Below are positions 1 to 8,796 of a stretch of 64,000 nucleotides of DNA, one piece after another. Source of the stretch: Patescibacteria group bacterium (lineage in GTDB: Bacteria; Patescibacteriota; Minisyncoccia; Phycocordibacterales; Phycocordibacteraceae); NCBI GenBank assembly GCA_004322365.1, contig SCTS01000005.1:3697-67696 (forward strand), given 5' to 3'. The notes beneath the pieces are model-generated. The model was not told where the DNA came from, searched no databases, and saw only the letters and a program-made list of their open reading frames with translations. Position numbers and translations under genes: made by a program. Positions within the stretch are counted from its first letter, which is position 1. The number at the start of each line of letters is the position of its first letter.

Positions 1-306
1 ATACAAGTCGCTCGTTGTTGTCGCGAATTTTAGTGCGGTTGTACTTGCGATTGTTGTACCGTTTGAGAGAAGTACCGAGCCTTGAATTCCTCGCGGTGCG
101 ACTTTAGTTGCACTGATTACTGCACTATTTGAAACATCTATATCAAGAATTGTGCCATTCAGTATGTGAGTGCTTTTTACATCTCCAATTTGCAAAAGTG
201 TGCCACCTGCAAACGAAGTTGCAGCGAAAGCCTGCACTGCTCCAATAAGTATTGCCACAGCAACCGTTACAACCACTGCCCAAGCTATATATGTTTTTGT
301 GTGCTT
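1..306 (-). CDS. hypothetical membrane-anchored or secreted protein, N-terminal part only (gene runs off the window edge); Thr/Ser/Ala-rich after an N-terminal hydrophobic segment
   Basis: My own minus-strand translation gives MKHTKTYIAWAVVVTVAVAILIGAVQAFAATSFAGG... from an ATG at 304-306. It lies directly downstream of the endolysin on the same strand. The + ORF 170..607 in the track overlaps it and looks spurious. Confidence 0.4.
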
Positions 307-310
307 CATA

Positions 311-823
311 TTATATTTTGAATTGATTAATAAGTTCGTGCCACGAAAAGCCAGGGTGGTATTCAAAGTGTCCGAAGTCGTCAAAGTTTCCGCCCCATTC
401 AAGACCGAGCCGTTCACCGCACACACCAACATGCGTGTAGTCGGTTTTGTCTGCCTCTCTGCCATCTTCTTTGTACACAACGAGGTCAAAAGCAAGGCCG
501 TAGTTGTGGTAACTTTGTCCACCCATTGCGTTAGTTACCTTGCTCCCTGGAATTGTTCTACCTTGTGCATAGAGTGCGTTTTGCTTTGCAAATGTGCGAA
601 AAGTTGAAACAACTTGCGCTTTCAACTTTAACTTTCCAACATCAATGAGTAGGGAATCGAGTAGAGGTTTAATATTTGGATGCAATGCAAAAACGCCCTT
701 TTCTTCGTAAAGAGCGACTTTTGCGAGATGCAGAGCAACAGAGCGTGACGGTGCTAGAGCAACATCTTGACCGATGAGCGCATCAAACATTGCCCTGTCT
801 GTTTCATTATTCATGTTATACAA
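311..823 (-). CDS. peptidoglycan hydrolase, M15-family zinc peptidase (L-alanyl-D-glutamate / D-Ala-D-Ala peptidase type, phage-endolysin-like)
   Basis: Motifs typical of M15 peptidases (VanY / phage L-Ala-D-Glu endopeptidases): ...YAQGRT..., ...SYHNYGLAFDLV..., ...EWGG.... A small membrane protein sits next to it. Confidence 0.75.
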   Translation of the reverse strand: MYNMNNETDRAMFDALIGQDVALAPSRSVALHLAKVALYEEKGVFALHPNIKPLLDSLLIDVGKLKLKAQVVSTFRTFAKQNALYAQGRTIPGSKVTNAMGGQSYHNYGLAFDLVVYKEDGREADKTDYTHVGVCGERLGLEWGGNFDDFGHFEYHPGFSWHELINQFKI

Positions 824-1028
824 TTTTTGCTTTCACACCCCCAAGACCACCAACACCCATTGCGATTGCTTGCATCACATCGGGAATGTGGGCTCCTAAA
901 TAACTCATCATGGCGAGCACTCCTGCGGTAATTGCAGCGCCAATTGCTCCCTTGCACAAATCCCAAAGTTCCTTTTTTAGTTTTGGATTCATATAGCTAT
1001 TGAGGTGTTGTTGTCTTAGTTTCTTCAC
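816..1028 (-). CDS. holin-like small membrane protein
   Basis: 70 aa with two hydrophobic helices (AIGAAITAGVLAMMSYLGA, AIAMGVGGLGGV). It overlaps the start of the endolysin gene, the classic holin-endolysin arrangement. Confidence 0.45.
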   Translation of the reverse strand: MKKLRQQHLNSYMNPKLKKELWDLCKGAIGAAITAGVLAMMSYLGAHIPDVMQAIAMGVGGLGGVKAKIV

Positions 1029-1338
1029 TTGGTAAGGTTGTCTCTACAACATTAACGATTTGGTCAGCAGTATCAGCAACGAGCCAGAGGTCTTGTTTGT
1101 TGTATGCTTCATCGCTTGCATCGTAGAAATTCGAACCGTCTGCTGCACCCGAGTTGAGAACAAAATCCCAAGAGTTACTGTTCGGGTCGGCAATTGGCGC
1201 AGAGCCAAACTTTCCATAGACGAGACCAGTGTTGCCTGCTGATATTGAATTAGGCAACAACTGCACTGTAATTTGATGACGATGAGAATTTGGTCTCGCC
1301 ACCTGTATTGGATTAAGTCCTACTGCGATACGAGCCAT
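997..1338 (-). CDS. hypothetical protein (phage-module associated)
   Basis: 113-aa ORF tightly packed between the capsid-like and lysis genes. No recognisable motif. Confidence 0.4.
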   Translation of the reverse strand: MARIAVGLNPIQVARPNSHRHQITVQLLPNSISAGNTGLVYGKFGSAPIADPNSNSWDFVLNSGAADGSNFYDASDEAYNKQDLWLVADTADQIVNVVETTLPSEETKTTTPQ

Positions 1339-1340
1339 GA

Positions 1341-1526
1341 TTATTCACCACGAAGCTCTACAGCTTTTAAGTTACGAACTGCGCCATTCTCCATTCTCAC
1401 GCGATAGAATGTGTGGTCACCGTCTGAGGGTTTTTCTACAAACTCAGAGGATACAACAACGCCTTTACCGTAGTTTTTAGTGACAACACGGTCACCAGCA
1501 GAGAATTCTTTTGTATTGATTGCCAT
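1341..1526 (-). CDS. hypothetical small protein
   Basis: 61-aa ORF separated from its neighbour by a 2-nt gap. Gene packing is consistent with a phage structural operon. Confidence 0.35.
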   Translation of the reverse strand: MAINTKEFSAGDRVVTKNYGKGVVVSSEFVEKPSDGDHTFYRVRMENGAVRNLKAVELRGE

Positions 1527-1562
1527 AAATTTAGAAGAAATTAATGTTTTGTAAGCTACTAA

Positions 1563-2426
1563 CTACGCAATTTCAAGGATAGGAATGACTACAATTGCAT
1601 CAGAGACATCCTGCACATCAAATGCAATTGAAAGCTCATTGGTTTTTGCATCAATTCCATTCTCACCAAGCTCAAAGACTCGGAATGGTCGCAAAAGGTC
1701 TGCGAGAGGCGATGGAGTAACATAGTCCATGTTGTCAATGAGGGTCTTTGCGTCGGTCAAATCATTCCACGAGGCTATTTCTTGACCACCTGAAAGGAGC
1801 TTCAAGCGTTGTACGGAAGTATCAATGTTGCCGTCGGCAAATCCGTTTGGCACTTTGATCATAATTGCTTTGAGTGTTCCTACTGACGGAATACGAGGTT
1901 GGAACTGTTCGATACCTGCAGTACCAGCAGTTGTGTGTGGAATACGCACAGCATGAATTGGTTTCTTGCCGTCTGGTTCAACATCTGAGTATGCGGTTAG
2001 AGAAAGCGTTTCCGTTGCAATATTTGTCTGTGCAGCACGGTCGAGTTGATACAAGAACTGTGCGTTCTGGTCGAATTTGTCATTAATTGGAATTTTGATA
2101 TTGCCGAGGAAATTGTTTCCTGTAGCATCGGTATTTTCACCAATTGCAGGTGTTTCGCCATAAAGGAAAACAGAGAGGGCGACGAGCTCATCACCAAACA
2201 AAACAATGCGATTGTCTGCACCCTTGCGGAGCACAAGACCCGAAAGCAATAGAGCAAATGTTTCAATCGCAACCGCAGCAGTTGAAACTGCACCTTTAAG
2301 GGATAGCTTCAAGTAATTGAGGGTAGTGCCGAGTACAGGAATTGCTTTCTGATTGATGGAAGCTGTAAACACCGCACCTGGCGTTGCTGAACCGTCTGCT
2401 GCATCTTCAACTTTAAATATTCTCAT
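1563..2426 (-). CDS. putative phage major capsid-like protein (or other virion structural protein)
   Basis: 287 aa, same strand, and a few genes upstream of the holin/endolysin. No signal peptide. The size fits HK97-fold or encapsulin-like shells. The assignment rests on context, not on a motif. Confidence 0.3.
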   Translation of the reverse strand: MRIFKVEDAADGSATPGAVFTASINQKAIPVLGTTLNYLKLSLKGAVSTAAVAIETFALLLSGLVLRKGADNRIVLFGDELVALSVFLYGETPAIGENTDATGNNFLGNIKIPINDKFDQNAQFLYQLDRAAQTNIATETLSLTAYSDVEPDGKKPIHAVRIPHTTAGTAGIEQFQPRIPSVGTLKAIMIKVPNGFADGNIDTSVQRLKLLSGGQEIASWNDLTDAKTLIDNMDYVTPSPLADLLRPFRVFELGENGIDAKTNELSIAFDVQDVSDAIVVIPILEIA

Positions 2427-2481
2427 AGTGTCTTTTTAGAATTTAATGATTTGAATAAGAGGGTAGGGGAGTAGAAACGAG

Positions 2482-2904
2482 TTATTTGCTCGAGCCAACT
2501 TTCAAGTCACGGAGAGCCTTACCAACGGCCTTTGATCGTGCGAAATTTGCTTCTGAACCTTTCACACCGCGTGGAAGTGAGCGAGCTGCTTGTCGTGCAC
2601 CGTCGTACCTACCTGATTCTGTGGCGTACTTATCTGCACTTGCACGAGCACCTTCGCCGAAACGAACCGCACCCTTATCTTCAACGCCCTTTAACCAGCC
2701 AACCTTGCCTGACTTCTGCAAACCTTTTTCGTATGAGCCACGAGTAAAACTTTCAGCCAAAGCTGTTCTGTAAACATCTTTTGCAGCAATTGCTGCAGCC
2801 GACTGATCTTTATCAGTTGTCTTTGCACCCTCTACATACTCACCAGTTGCATTTGCTGCGCGTTCTGCAAACTTTGTTGAAACCTGTTGTGCTGTTTTTG
2901 CCAT
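2482..2904 (-). CDS. hypothetical Ala/Lys/Gly-rich protein (possible scaffold or decoration protein)
   Basis: 140-aa low-complexity A/K/G-rich ORF immediately upstream of the capsid-like gene on the same strand. Confidence 0.35.
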   Translation of the reverse strand: MAKTAQQVSTKFAERAANATGEYVEGAKTTDKDQSAAAIAAKDVYRTALAESFTRGSYEKGLQKSGKVGWLKGVEDKGAVRFGEGARASADKYATESGRYDGARQAARSLPRGVKGSEANFARSKAVGKALRDLKVGSSK

Positions 2905-4146
2905 ATATATTTTCTAAATAATTAATTGAGCTAATTAATTGCAAGCCCTGGGCGACGGTTGGCTCTGCGCGTAGTTGATGTAAAGAGTTTTTACTACACC
3001 AACCACCGCCCGCGACTTACAATTTTTTTCTAGTGCTATTTAATAATAATTTTTAAGTCGAGCGAAGCGCTGACTTCGGAGTTTAGGAAGGGGTTCCAAG
3101 GGGAAACCAACAACTTTTTAATAAGTTGCCTCCTATAGACCCGATATCTCTATGGTTCTTCGGCGATAGAAAGTTTATGCGGGGAACTCAGAGCTTTCTT
3201 TCGCCCCTCGGGTTCCTTGTGTTCAAGGGTTCCGATTCGAAAGAGAGATACTTTCCCCGGGAGTTTTCTTTCCCGTCGCACGATATAACTACGCGCAGTA
3301 TTTGAGAGCTAGTTTTAAAAAGACTGGAGTTGTTTACACTTTTCACAACGGCCACTTTTGCGAACGCGAAGCACTGAAGCGCTTCGGTGTCAGGCTGAGA
3401 AAGGCTTTCCCAAAAGAAAGCCGTGCCTGATACTTCGTAAAAGATATATTGTGCGAAGTACTCCTAATCCTATTCCCTATACAGTACTCAACAATAAAGG
3501 ATCTGCGGATTAACAGATTGTGATTCCCTTGCGACAAAAAACTTAGGTATCGCTTTTTTTATTTACTACTTTCTTCTTTGTAGGAGTTAACTCTGAAAGA
3601 GCTCGGGCCATTTGACTTACCCTGCTTTCTAAGGACCGCACCCGATCTTTTAGGAGTCTGATTTCAACTGATTCAGGCATAGTAAGTATTTTGTTCTTTG
3701 ACTGTAGCTTTACTCATCACCCAAAAGCCTTAGGGTTGCAAGGCGATCTTTATTCTTTTTGTGAATTTCCTTTTGATGGCGATTACGACTAGCACCACCC
3801 ACAGGAAGTCTTCCATTTCTTTTTTTAGTTCGCGCACCTTCAAAAACCCTACCGGCCTTCGAAAAAGATTCTTTATCAAAACTTCCTTGCCCCATATGAT
3901 TTTTATCCTACTAACATTTAAAACAATGTCAATAATACACAGATTCTGGGACTGAAAACACTTTACTGAATTCCTTACTTATGACAACATTAAGAATGAT
4001 AGAAAATGATATAAGTCACTGGCTCAACTTGGCATTTTTTGCCATAGTCATACTCGCCTTCTTGAAGGATAGTAATAGTTAATTTTAATTTCGGTAACTC
4101 GAGCGCTCTTTTGCTATACTGCGTCTTATTCGTAACAATTACCGCT

Positions 4147-4434
4147 ATGCCACAAGAATTTGATTTTAACTCTGTCCCTTCAAAGCTTTTCGTCGATACC
4201 GTTAATGTTCGAGTTATCAATGGGCTCCTGCACCTTGCGGTAGAGTCAGGTCAAGCAACTTCATGCTTCTTACTTCCCTTGCCTGCTGCAAAAATGATCG
4301 CGAAAGCAATCACTAAACAAGTCGAGGAAATAGAAGAGAAAAACAACATCAAGTTTGATGATCGTCTTTCCAATGAGCCAGTCTTGAGCCCTTGGACCTC
4401 AGGGTCTAATGAAAATCCTGAGCAAAAGAAGTAG
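4147..4434 (+). CDS. hypothetical protein
   Basis: Internal Met of the track ORF 4111..4434 (MPQEFDFNSVPSKLFVDTVNVRV...). Acidic C-terminus. No recognisable motif. Confidence 0.3.
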   Translation: MPQEFDFNSVPSKLFVDTVNVRVINGLLHLAVESGQATSCFLLPLPAAKMIAKAITKQVEEIEEKNNIKFDDRLSNEPVLSPWTSGSNENPEQKK

Positions 4435-4500
4435 CAGAAGAGTGGTCAGCGCACTCGAAGCTCAGCTGTTATACTAGAATCATCTTATTATTTTAGTTTT

Positions 4501-4908
4501 TTGAGTATGGATAAATACGCATCCGCTTTAGCACTTGTTGGTCGCCTCGCTCTTGCAGGCATCTTTGTAATCTTTGGTTTTACTAAAATTTCTGGCTTTG
4601 CCGGTATGGTTGCCTACGCAGGCTCTGTTGGGGTTCCCTTCCCTGAACTTGCAATCGCTCTAGCAATTGTTGTGGAGCTTCTGGGTGGAATCATGCTTGT
4701 CATAGGATTCAAAACAAAGTGGGTCGCTCTCGCTATTGCACTTTTTCTCGTTCCGGTTACCTATTACTTCCACACTGACTTCACCAATCCAGTGAACATG
4801 ATAATGCTCTGGAAGAATGTCTCAATTATAGGAGGCATGCTTGTCCTTGCTGCACACGGCGCGGGCAAGTACAGTTTGGATAGCATGCTCGCAAAAAAGA
4901 GCTACTAA
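4501..4908 (+). CDS. DoxX-family membrane protein
   Basis: 135 aa with 4 TM segments and a DoxX-like pattern (ALALVGRLALAGIFVIFGFTKI..., ...ELLGGIMLVIGF...). Followed by a strong terminator. Confidence 0.8.
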   Translation: MSMDKYASALALVGRLALAGIFVIFGFTKISGFAGMVAYAGSVGVPFPELAIALAIVVELLGGIMLVIGFKTKWVALAIALFLVPVTYYFHTDFTNPVNMIMLWKNVSIIGGMLVLAAHGAGKYSLDSMLAKKSY

Positions 4909-4918
4909 ATACCAATAC

Positions 4919-4948
4919 AAAAAACCTCCCCATGTGGGGAGGTTTTTT
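4919..4948. terminator. bidirectional rho-independent terminator (aaaaaacctccccatgtggggaggtttttt)
   Basis: Perfect GC-rich hairpin with an A-run on one side and a T-run on the other, between convergent genes doxX (+) and the HtrA-like gene (-). Confidence 0.85.
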
Positions 4949-4953
4949 GTTAT

Positions 4954-5904
4954 CTATCCTATAGCCTCTCCCTTCTTAGTTGGCTCCGAAGAAAATGAAA
5001 CTCCAAATTTCTTCTCTAATGCATCTTGATATCTAGAAGAACGAGCAGGCCTCAAGAGCTCTCGGAAGTAGTACTGTACCGCCGCATCGCTCACGATTTC
5101 TTTCATCGATACTTCTCGTCCTTGGGACGAAAGTTCTTGCTTGAAGATTATATCCAATCCCTGAAGAGCAAGAGCGAATGCTTGTTCGAGTGAAATCGGC
5201 TCTTCTGCTTCACGATGTTCTCGTATCTGCACGAAGAGTGCTTGTATTCCCTGAAAAACACGAGGATGTTCAATAATCACTTTAACTTCGTTAATGGGAA
5301 TAGCACCACCAATTGAGCCGGTCGAATCTAGATTTGCAAAGGTATTGATACCTATGACTTCATCTTTTGCATTAAGCATCACTCCACCCGAGCTACCTGA
5401 GCGTATGTCAGCATCTGTTCTGAAGGCGAATTGTTCGTGGCCATCAGGAACCGAAGTAACAGTCCCTTGAGAAAAACTTCCTCCTACACCAAGAGGATTG
5501 CCAGCAATTGTAATTGTTGCTCCTCTCCGCACCTTATCTGAATCTCCAATAACAAGTGGTTCGTGCTTAGTTCCCGCTACTTTTAAGAGGGCGAAATCAC
5601 GAACAGGATCGATATAAAAAATCTCTGCTGTTAACTTTTTCTTTGAATCCAATTGCACCACCAAAGCCTCATCTTGACTACCACCTGAAACAACATGTCT
5701 ATTGGTAACAATAAGGCCGTCCTTTGACACAAAGAAACCACTTCCTTCAGCTGTTGGAGCCCAATGAGACTCTTGTGCTCGCTCAGGGCTCTTCGGGTCT
5801 ATCGACCCCGTAACTTCCTTAAAGACTTTCACACTGACTACCGAGGGTGCAACACGCTCGACGGTACGCTCTAATGGAGTTTTTTCTGTATATGCTTCAA
5901 TCAT
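4954..5904 (-). CDS. trypsin-like serine protease (S1C, HtrA/DegP-like catalytic domain) with an atypical C-terminal domain
   Basis: His/Asp/Ser triad context: TNRHVV, DFALLK, GSSGGVM (GxSGG). Standard PDZ motifs were not recognised. The C-terminal roughly 100 aa is charged and helical. Confidence 0.75.
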   Translation of the reverse strand: MIEAYTEKTPLERTVERVAPSVVSVKVFKEVTGSIDPKSPERAQESHWAPTAEGSGFFVSKDGLIVTNRHVVSGGSQDEALVVQLDSKKKLTAEIFYIDPVRDFALLKVAGTKHEPLVIGDSDKVRRGATITIAGNPLGVGGSFSQGTVTSVPDGHEQFAFRTDADIRSGSSGGVMLNAKDEVIGINTFANLDSTGSIGGAIPINEVKVIIEHPRVFQGIQALFVQIREHREAEEPISLEQAFALALQGLDIIFKQELSSQGREVSMKEIVSDAAVQYYFRELLRPARSSRYQDALEKKFGVSFSSEPTKKGEAIG

Positions 5905-5940
5905 AATTCTTTGTATTGTACCTCATATATATCTATATGT

Positions 5941-5966
5941 CAATACCCGCCTAAGGGCGGGTATTG
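5941..5966. terminator. hairpin (caatacccgcctaagggcgggtattg) downstream of the SLT-like gene
   Basis: 10-bp GC-rich perfect stem immediately 3' of the minus-strand gene that ends at 5992. Confidence 0.5.
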
Positions 5967-5991
5967 AGTAGTTAATCTGTATTGAAAAACT

Positions 5992-6423
5992 TTATTTTTG
6001 AGCCAGTGTAGCTCCTTCTGTCGATTTCTTTGAGAGAGGTCCCCAACAAGCTTTAGAAGACGCCCAAGGCTTTGTGCCCTCTTTCTCATATAAACGCTTA
6101 GCGTAGGCAAGGTTACCGTCAAGGGTGTGCAGGTCGAGATTCATAGCCTCTGCTTGCTCTTCGTGATACTTGGTATTAATTTGCATCACACCTATATCCT
6201 TAGGGTTGACGACACCGCGCAATATATCGCCCTCTTTATCGACATGACGAATTCTGGACTCACACCATGCTATATCGGCCAAAATAGGCGTATCAGCGTA
6301 ATATTGTTTTACATACTGCCCTAAGGTCTCTACCTTTGGACCTTGTGGATTTGTGGTCGTAGAAAGCGCCGTAGGCGTAGACATAGCAACGCTGGCTAGC
6401 AATAGCATGATTGGTAAGAACAT
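5992..6423 (-). CDS. secreted lytic transglycosylase-like (SLT-domain) protein
   Basis: N-terminal signal peptide. Motifs ...IAWCESR..., ...GVMQIN..., ...AYAKRLY... resemble the SLT/lysozyme-like catalytic core (E-S ... GLMQ ... AY). Confidence 0.55.
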   Translation of the reverse strand: MFLPIMLLLASVAMSTPTALSTTTNPQGPKVETLGQYVKQYYADTPILADIAWCESRIRHVDKEGDILRGVVNPKDIGVMQINTKYHEEQAEAMNLDLHTLDGNLAYAKRLYEKEGTKPWASSKACWGPLSKKSTEGATLAQK

Positions 6424-6737
6424 AAAATTTAATGATTTTGGCCCATAAGGGCCGTTAGTGCTGGTGTACGACTGCTTTGAGTTCCCCTTCCTAATAATCG
6501 ATGATCGGGGTACTAAAAAAGCCGGCCCGAAAGCCGACTACCTCATTACGTTAGCACTGGCTACTTTTGGTGTCAAGGCTTGCGGAACCCAAAATCACCT
6601 TTATACGGCTCTATAAAGCCGTATAAATGGAAAATGGAAAATAGGGTTTTTAGGTCTTTTTGATCTTTAAAAAGCTTCCCCGCCTAAACGCTAAATGATC
6701 CCTGCGGATCCGATGAGGCATCGCCTAGCCCCTGCTC

Positions 6738-7463
6738 TTAGCATTTAACGAGGGTCAAAATTGCCTGATGAGCCTCCTCAGGAGTGTCGACGACAACAAA
6801 AAGGTCTAAATCCTCCTTATTGATGGTCTTATATTTAAGAAGAAGGTGGTCTTTAAAGAAAGCGATAAGTGGTGTCCAGTATTCCTTATTGTAGAGAATG
6901 ATAGGAATCCTTTTAATTTTATTAGTCTGAACTAGGGTCAAAATTTCAAATAGCTCATCCATAGTTCCAAAACCTCCTGGGAAGTAGATATAGACCTCTG
7001 AGGCAAAGGAAAGCATCACTTTCCGAGTGAAGAAGTAGTTAAATGTGGCAGTTTCCGTAAGGTATGGATTTGGCTTCTGCTCCATAGGGAGATTAATATT
7101 TATTCCTACAGATTGCCCACCAGTTTCAAACGCCCCCTTACTTGCAGCCTCCATTACACCGTTCCCCCCTCCAGTAATGACTACAAAGCCAGATTGAGCC
7201 AGCTTACCTGCAAGCAAAGTTGCATCCTCATATATCTTTGGATCCATATGAGAACGCGCCGAACCAAAGAAAGTGGCTGCGAGACGATACTTACGGAGCA
7301 TGGAGAACCCATCAATCAACTCACCCATTATCTTGAATATGCGCCACGACTCCATGTCCTTAGTGTGGTCGGTCTTTTCAGGATCACAGACGCGAAGATC
7401 ACCTTCCATGCGGTGCTCGCTTGGCGGATTTACTATTCTATATTTTCGTTGTGGATCAGGCAT
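6738..7463 (-). CDS. LOG-family protein (cytokinin riboside 5'-monophosphate phosphoribohydrolase / lysine-decarboxylase-like Rossmann)
   Basis: VITGGGNGVMEAASKGA and YIYFPGGFGTMDELFE match the conserved LOG motifs (TGGGxGxMEA, PGGxGTxEE). Confidence 0.85.
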   Translation of the reverse strand: MPDPQRKYRIVNPPSEHRMEGDLRVCDPEKTDHTKDMESWRIFKIMGELIDGFSMLRKYRLAATFFGSARSHMDPKIYEDATLLAGKLAQSGFVVITGGGNGVMEAASKGAFETGGQSVGININLPMEQKPNPYLTETATFNYFFTRKVMLSFASEVYIYFPGGFGTMDELFEILTLVQTNKIKRIPIILYNKEYWTPLIAFFKDHLLLKYKTINKEDLDLFVVVDTPEEAHQAILTLVKC

Positions 7464-7539
7464 GGTTAGAGTGTAACATTTGAAACTACGAGGTTATAGC
7501 TTTCAGGTGCCAGGTTCCAGCTTTTAAGATGGGGAGAAA

Positions 7540-8139
7540 TTAGTGCGAAAGCCAAGGGATTGGAAAAGGAGAGAACTCTGGAAGAAGAGGCTTGCCATAG
7601 AGGAGTCGTGAAGCAACTTCAGCATGTGAAAGAGCGCCGGTAAGAGCCTTATGAGGTTTTGGCTCTTCTGGGATGCCGACATACTTGAGTGCAACATCGA
7701 GAGTAAGCTTGGTGTGATGTTTTTCTTCATCAAACGGAGGAGTAATGCCTCGCTCCACCATGTGCATGTAGGTGAGAGTATGGGTATCGAGTGTGCGGTG
7801 TGCAAACGGAAAATTAATACCCCCTCTCTCGCAAGCGGCAATCAAGAAATCTCTATCAAAAGATGGGTTTTGTCCTACAAAAGTTCGATCATGTACAGTA
7901 AGTGTCCATGAAATAAAATCTTGCACGAGCTCTATTTCGCTTTTCTTTGAAAGATCAATGGCTTGTGCGTGTGAAAAACCATTAACCCCAAGTGCCTCTT
8001 CATTAATATGAGCTCCGTCCCATACCCTACACTCGCCATAAAAACGATTCGTAGGAGTAGCAACATCAACTCCCCCAATTGAGAGTATTGAATTCTTATG
8101 AGACTCTGTGCCTGAGCATTCGATATCTAGAGCAATCAT
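7540..8139 (-). CDS. DEDDh-family 3'-5' exonuclease (DnaQ/RNase T-like)
   Basis: MIALDIECSGT... (Exo I, D-x-E); ...FVGQNPSFDRDFL... (Exo II); ...HKALTGALSHAEV (Exo III, H-x4-D-like). Confidence 0.65.
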   Translation of the reverse strand: MIALDIECSGTESHKNSILSIGGVDVATPTNRFYGECRVWDGAHINEEALGVNGFSHAQAIDLSKKSEIELVQDFISWTLTVHDRTFVGQNPSFDRDFLIAACERGGINFPFAHRTLDTHTLTYMHMVERGITPPFDEEKHHTKLTLDVALKYVGIPEEPKPHKALTGALSHAEVASRLLYGKPLLPEFSPFPIPWLSH

Positions 8140-8274
8140 CTTACTAGGGTACAGGTTCTAGGTTCTAGGTGCCAGCTTTTTATGAACTAAAACTATGCCT
8201 TAAACCTAGAAGCTAGCACCTAGAACCTTCTAAAAATCACCCCGTGCATCTCTCATGCTCTCAGGCATTTTCAC

Positions 8275-8316
8275 CTGTATAGTTTAATCTAACGATCGTT
8301 AAATTAAACTATACAG
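8275..8316. repeat. family-B 42-bp palindromic repeat, copy 1 (ctgtatagtttaatctaacgatcgttaaattaaactatacag), followed by a T-run
   Basis: One of 4 near-identical palindromes in the window (see findings). Located 3' of the Ada-like gene. Confidence 0.8.
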
Positions 8317-8391
8317 TTCTTTTTTCATCTTTATGTGTTTATTTGATTTGAAAAGCTAAAACCTAACACCTAGAACCTAGCCCCTTCCCCG

Positions 8392-8796
8392 CTAAAGTCC
8401 ATTACAACGGCCAGCGTGGTAGCCCGCACTCTCAGCGGAAGCCCTGCTGTTGAAATAAATTCTGTCTGTTGAGGGAATCTTTACTGCAAGCGGGCACCAT
8501 GGGAAAAAGTAGGTACTGCCTGTTTTTGACGCTACAAAATAGCCCGCAGCCTGAGGTGGTGGCGGTAAAACAATTTCTTCTCTTATGCCGCCAAGGCCTA
8601 AGAATCCGGCGAGAGTTGAAGTACTTTGACCATCTGGATAAAGAACCTTAAATTGACCCTTTTCTGAATAAAAAACAGAAAGCCTACCGAGTCCAAAGGC
8701 CAGAAAAGCAACCAATACAATTACAAGAACAATTAGGGCGTTTTCCCGTACCCTTCCCCACAGAGCCTTGATTTTATTAGTGAAATCACGAAACAT
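8392..8796 (-). CDS. membrane-anchored protein with a C-terminal Ada-like metal-binding (Zn-ribbon) domain
   Basis: N-terminal TM helix. C-terminus YFVASKTGSTYFFPWCPLAVKIPSTDRIYFNSRASAESAGYHAGRC resembles the Ada N-terminal Zn-binding fold (FxxxKtgxYhxPxCpxaxxIxxxNrvxFxSxxeAxxAGyxpCkxC). Confidence 0.5.
   Translation of the reverse strand: MFRDFTNKIKALWGRVRENALIVLVIVLVAFLAFGLGRLSVFYSEKGQFKVLYPDGQSTSTLAGFLGLGGIREEIVLPPPPQAAGYFVASKTGSTYFFPWCPLAVKIPSTDRIYFNSRASAESAGYHAGRCNGL

Noticed and set aside
170-607. + strand ORF (145 aa) overlapping the endolysin region
   Set aside because: It overlaps a well-supported minus-strand M15 peptidase and the 5' end of the minus-strand anchored-protein gene. 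The sequence is low-complexity with no motif. Judged spurious.
3040-3700. RNase P RNA, tmRNA or SRP RNA
   Set aside because: I searched both strands by eye for the universal RNase P CR-I/CR-II blocks, a tRNA-like T-loop/acceptor with CCA plus a tag ORF ending in …AA*, and the SRP GGAA/AGCAGCC domain-IV consensus. None was found. The region is left as unexplained non-coding.
3710-3895. 61-aa basic ORF (MGQGSFDKESFSKAGRVFEGARTKKRNGRLPVGG...) as a small ribosomal protein (bL35/bS21/bL33-like)
   Set aside because: Composition is ribosomal-protein-like, but I could not align it convincingly to any bL or bS family consensus. It may be a chance basic ORF within the non-coding stretch.
6424-6737. 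Possible sRNA in the 310-bp gap between the SLT-like and LOG genes
   Set aside because: It contains a few short hairpins and a family-C repeat copy, but no recognisable RNA-family motif. There is not enough evidence to call a gene.
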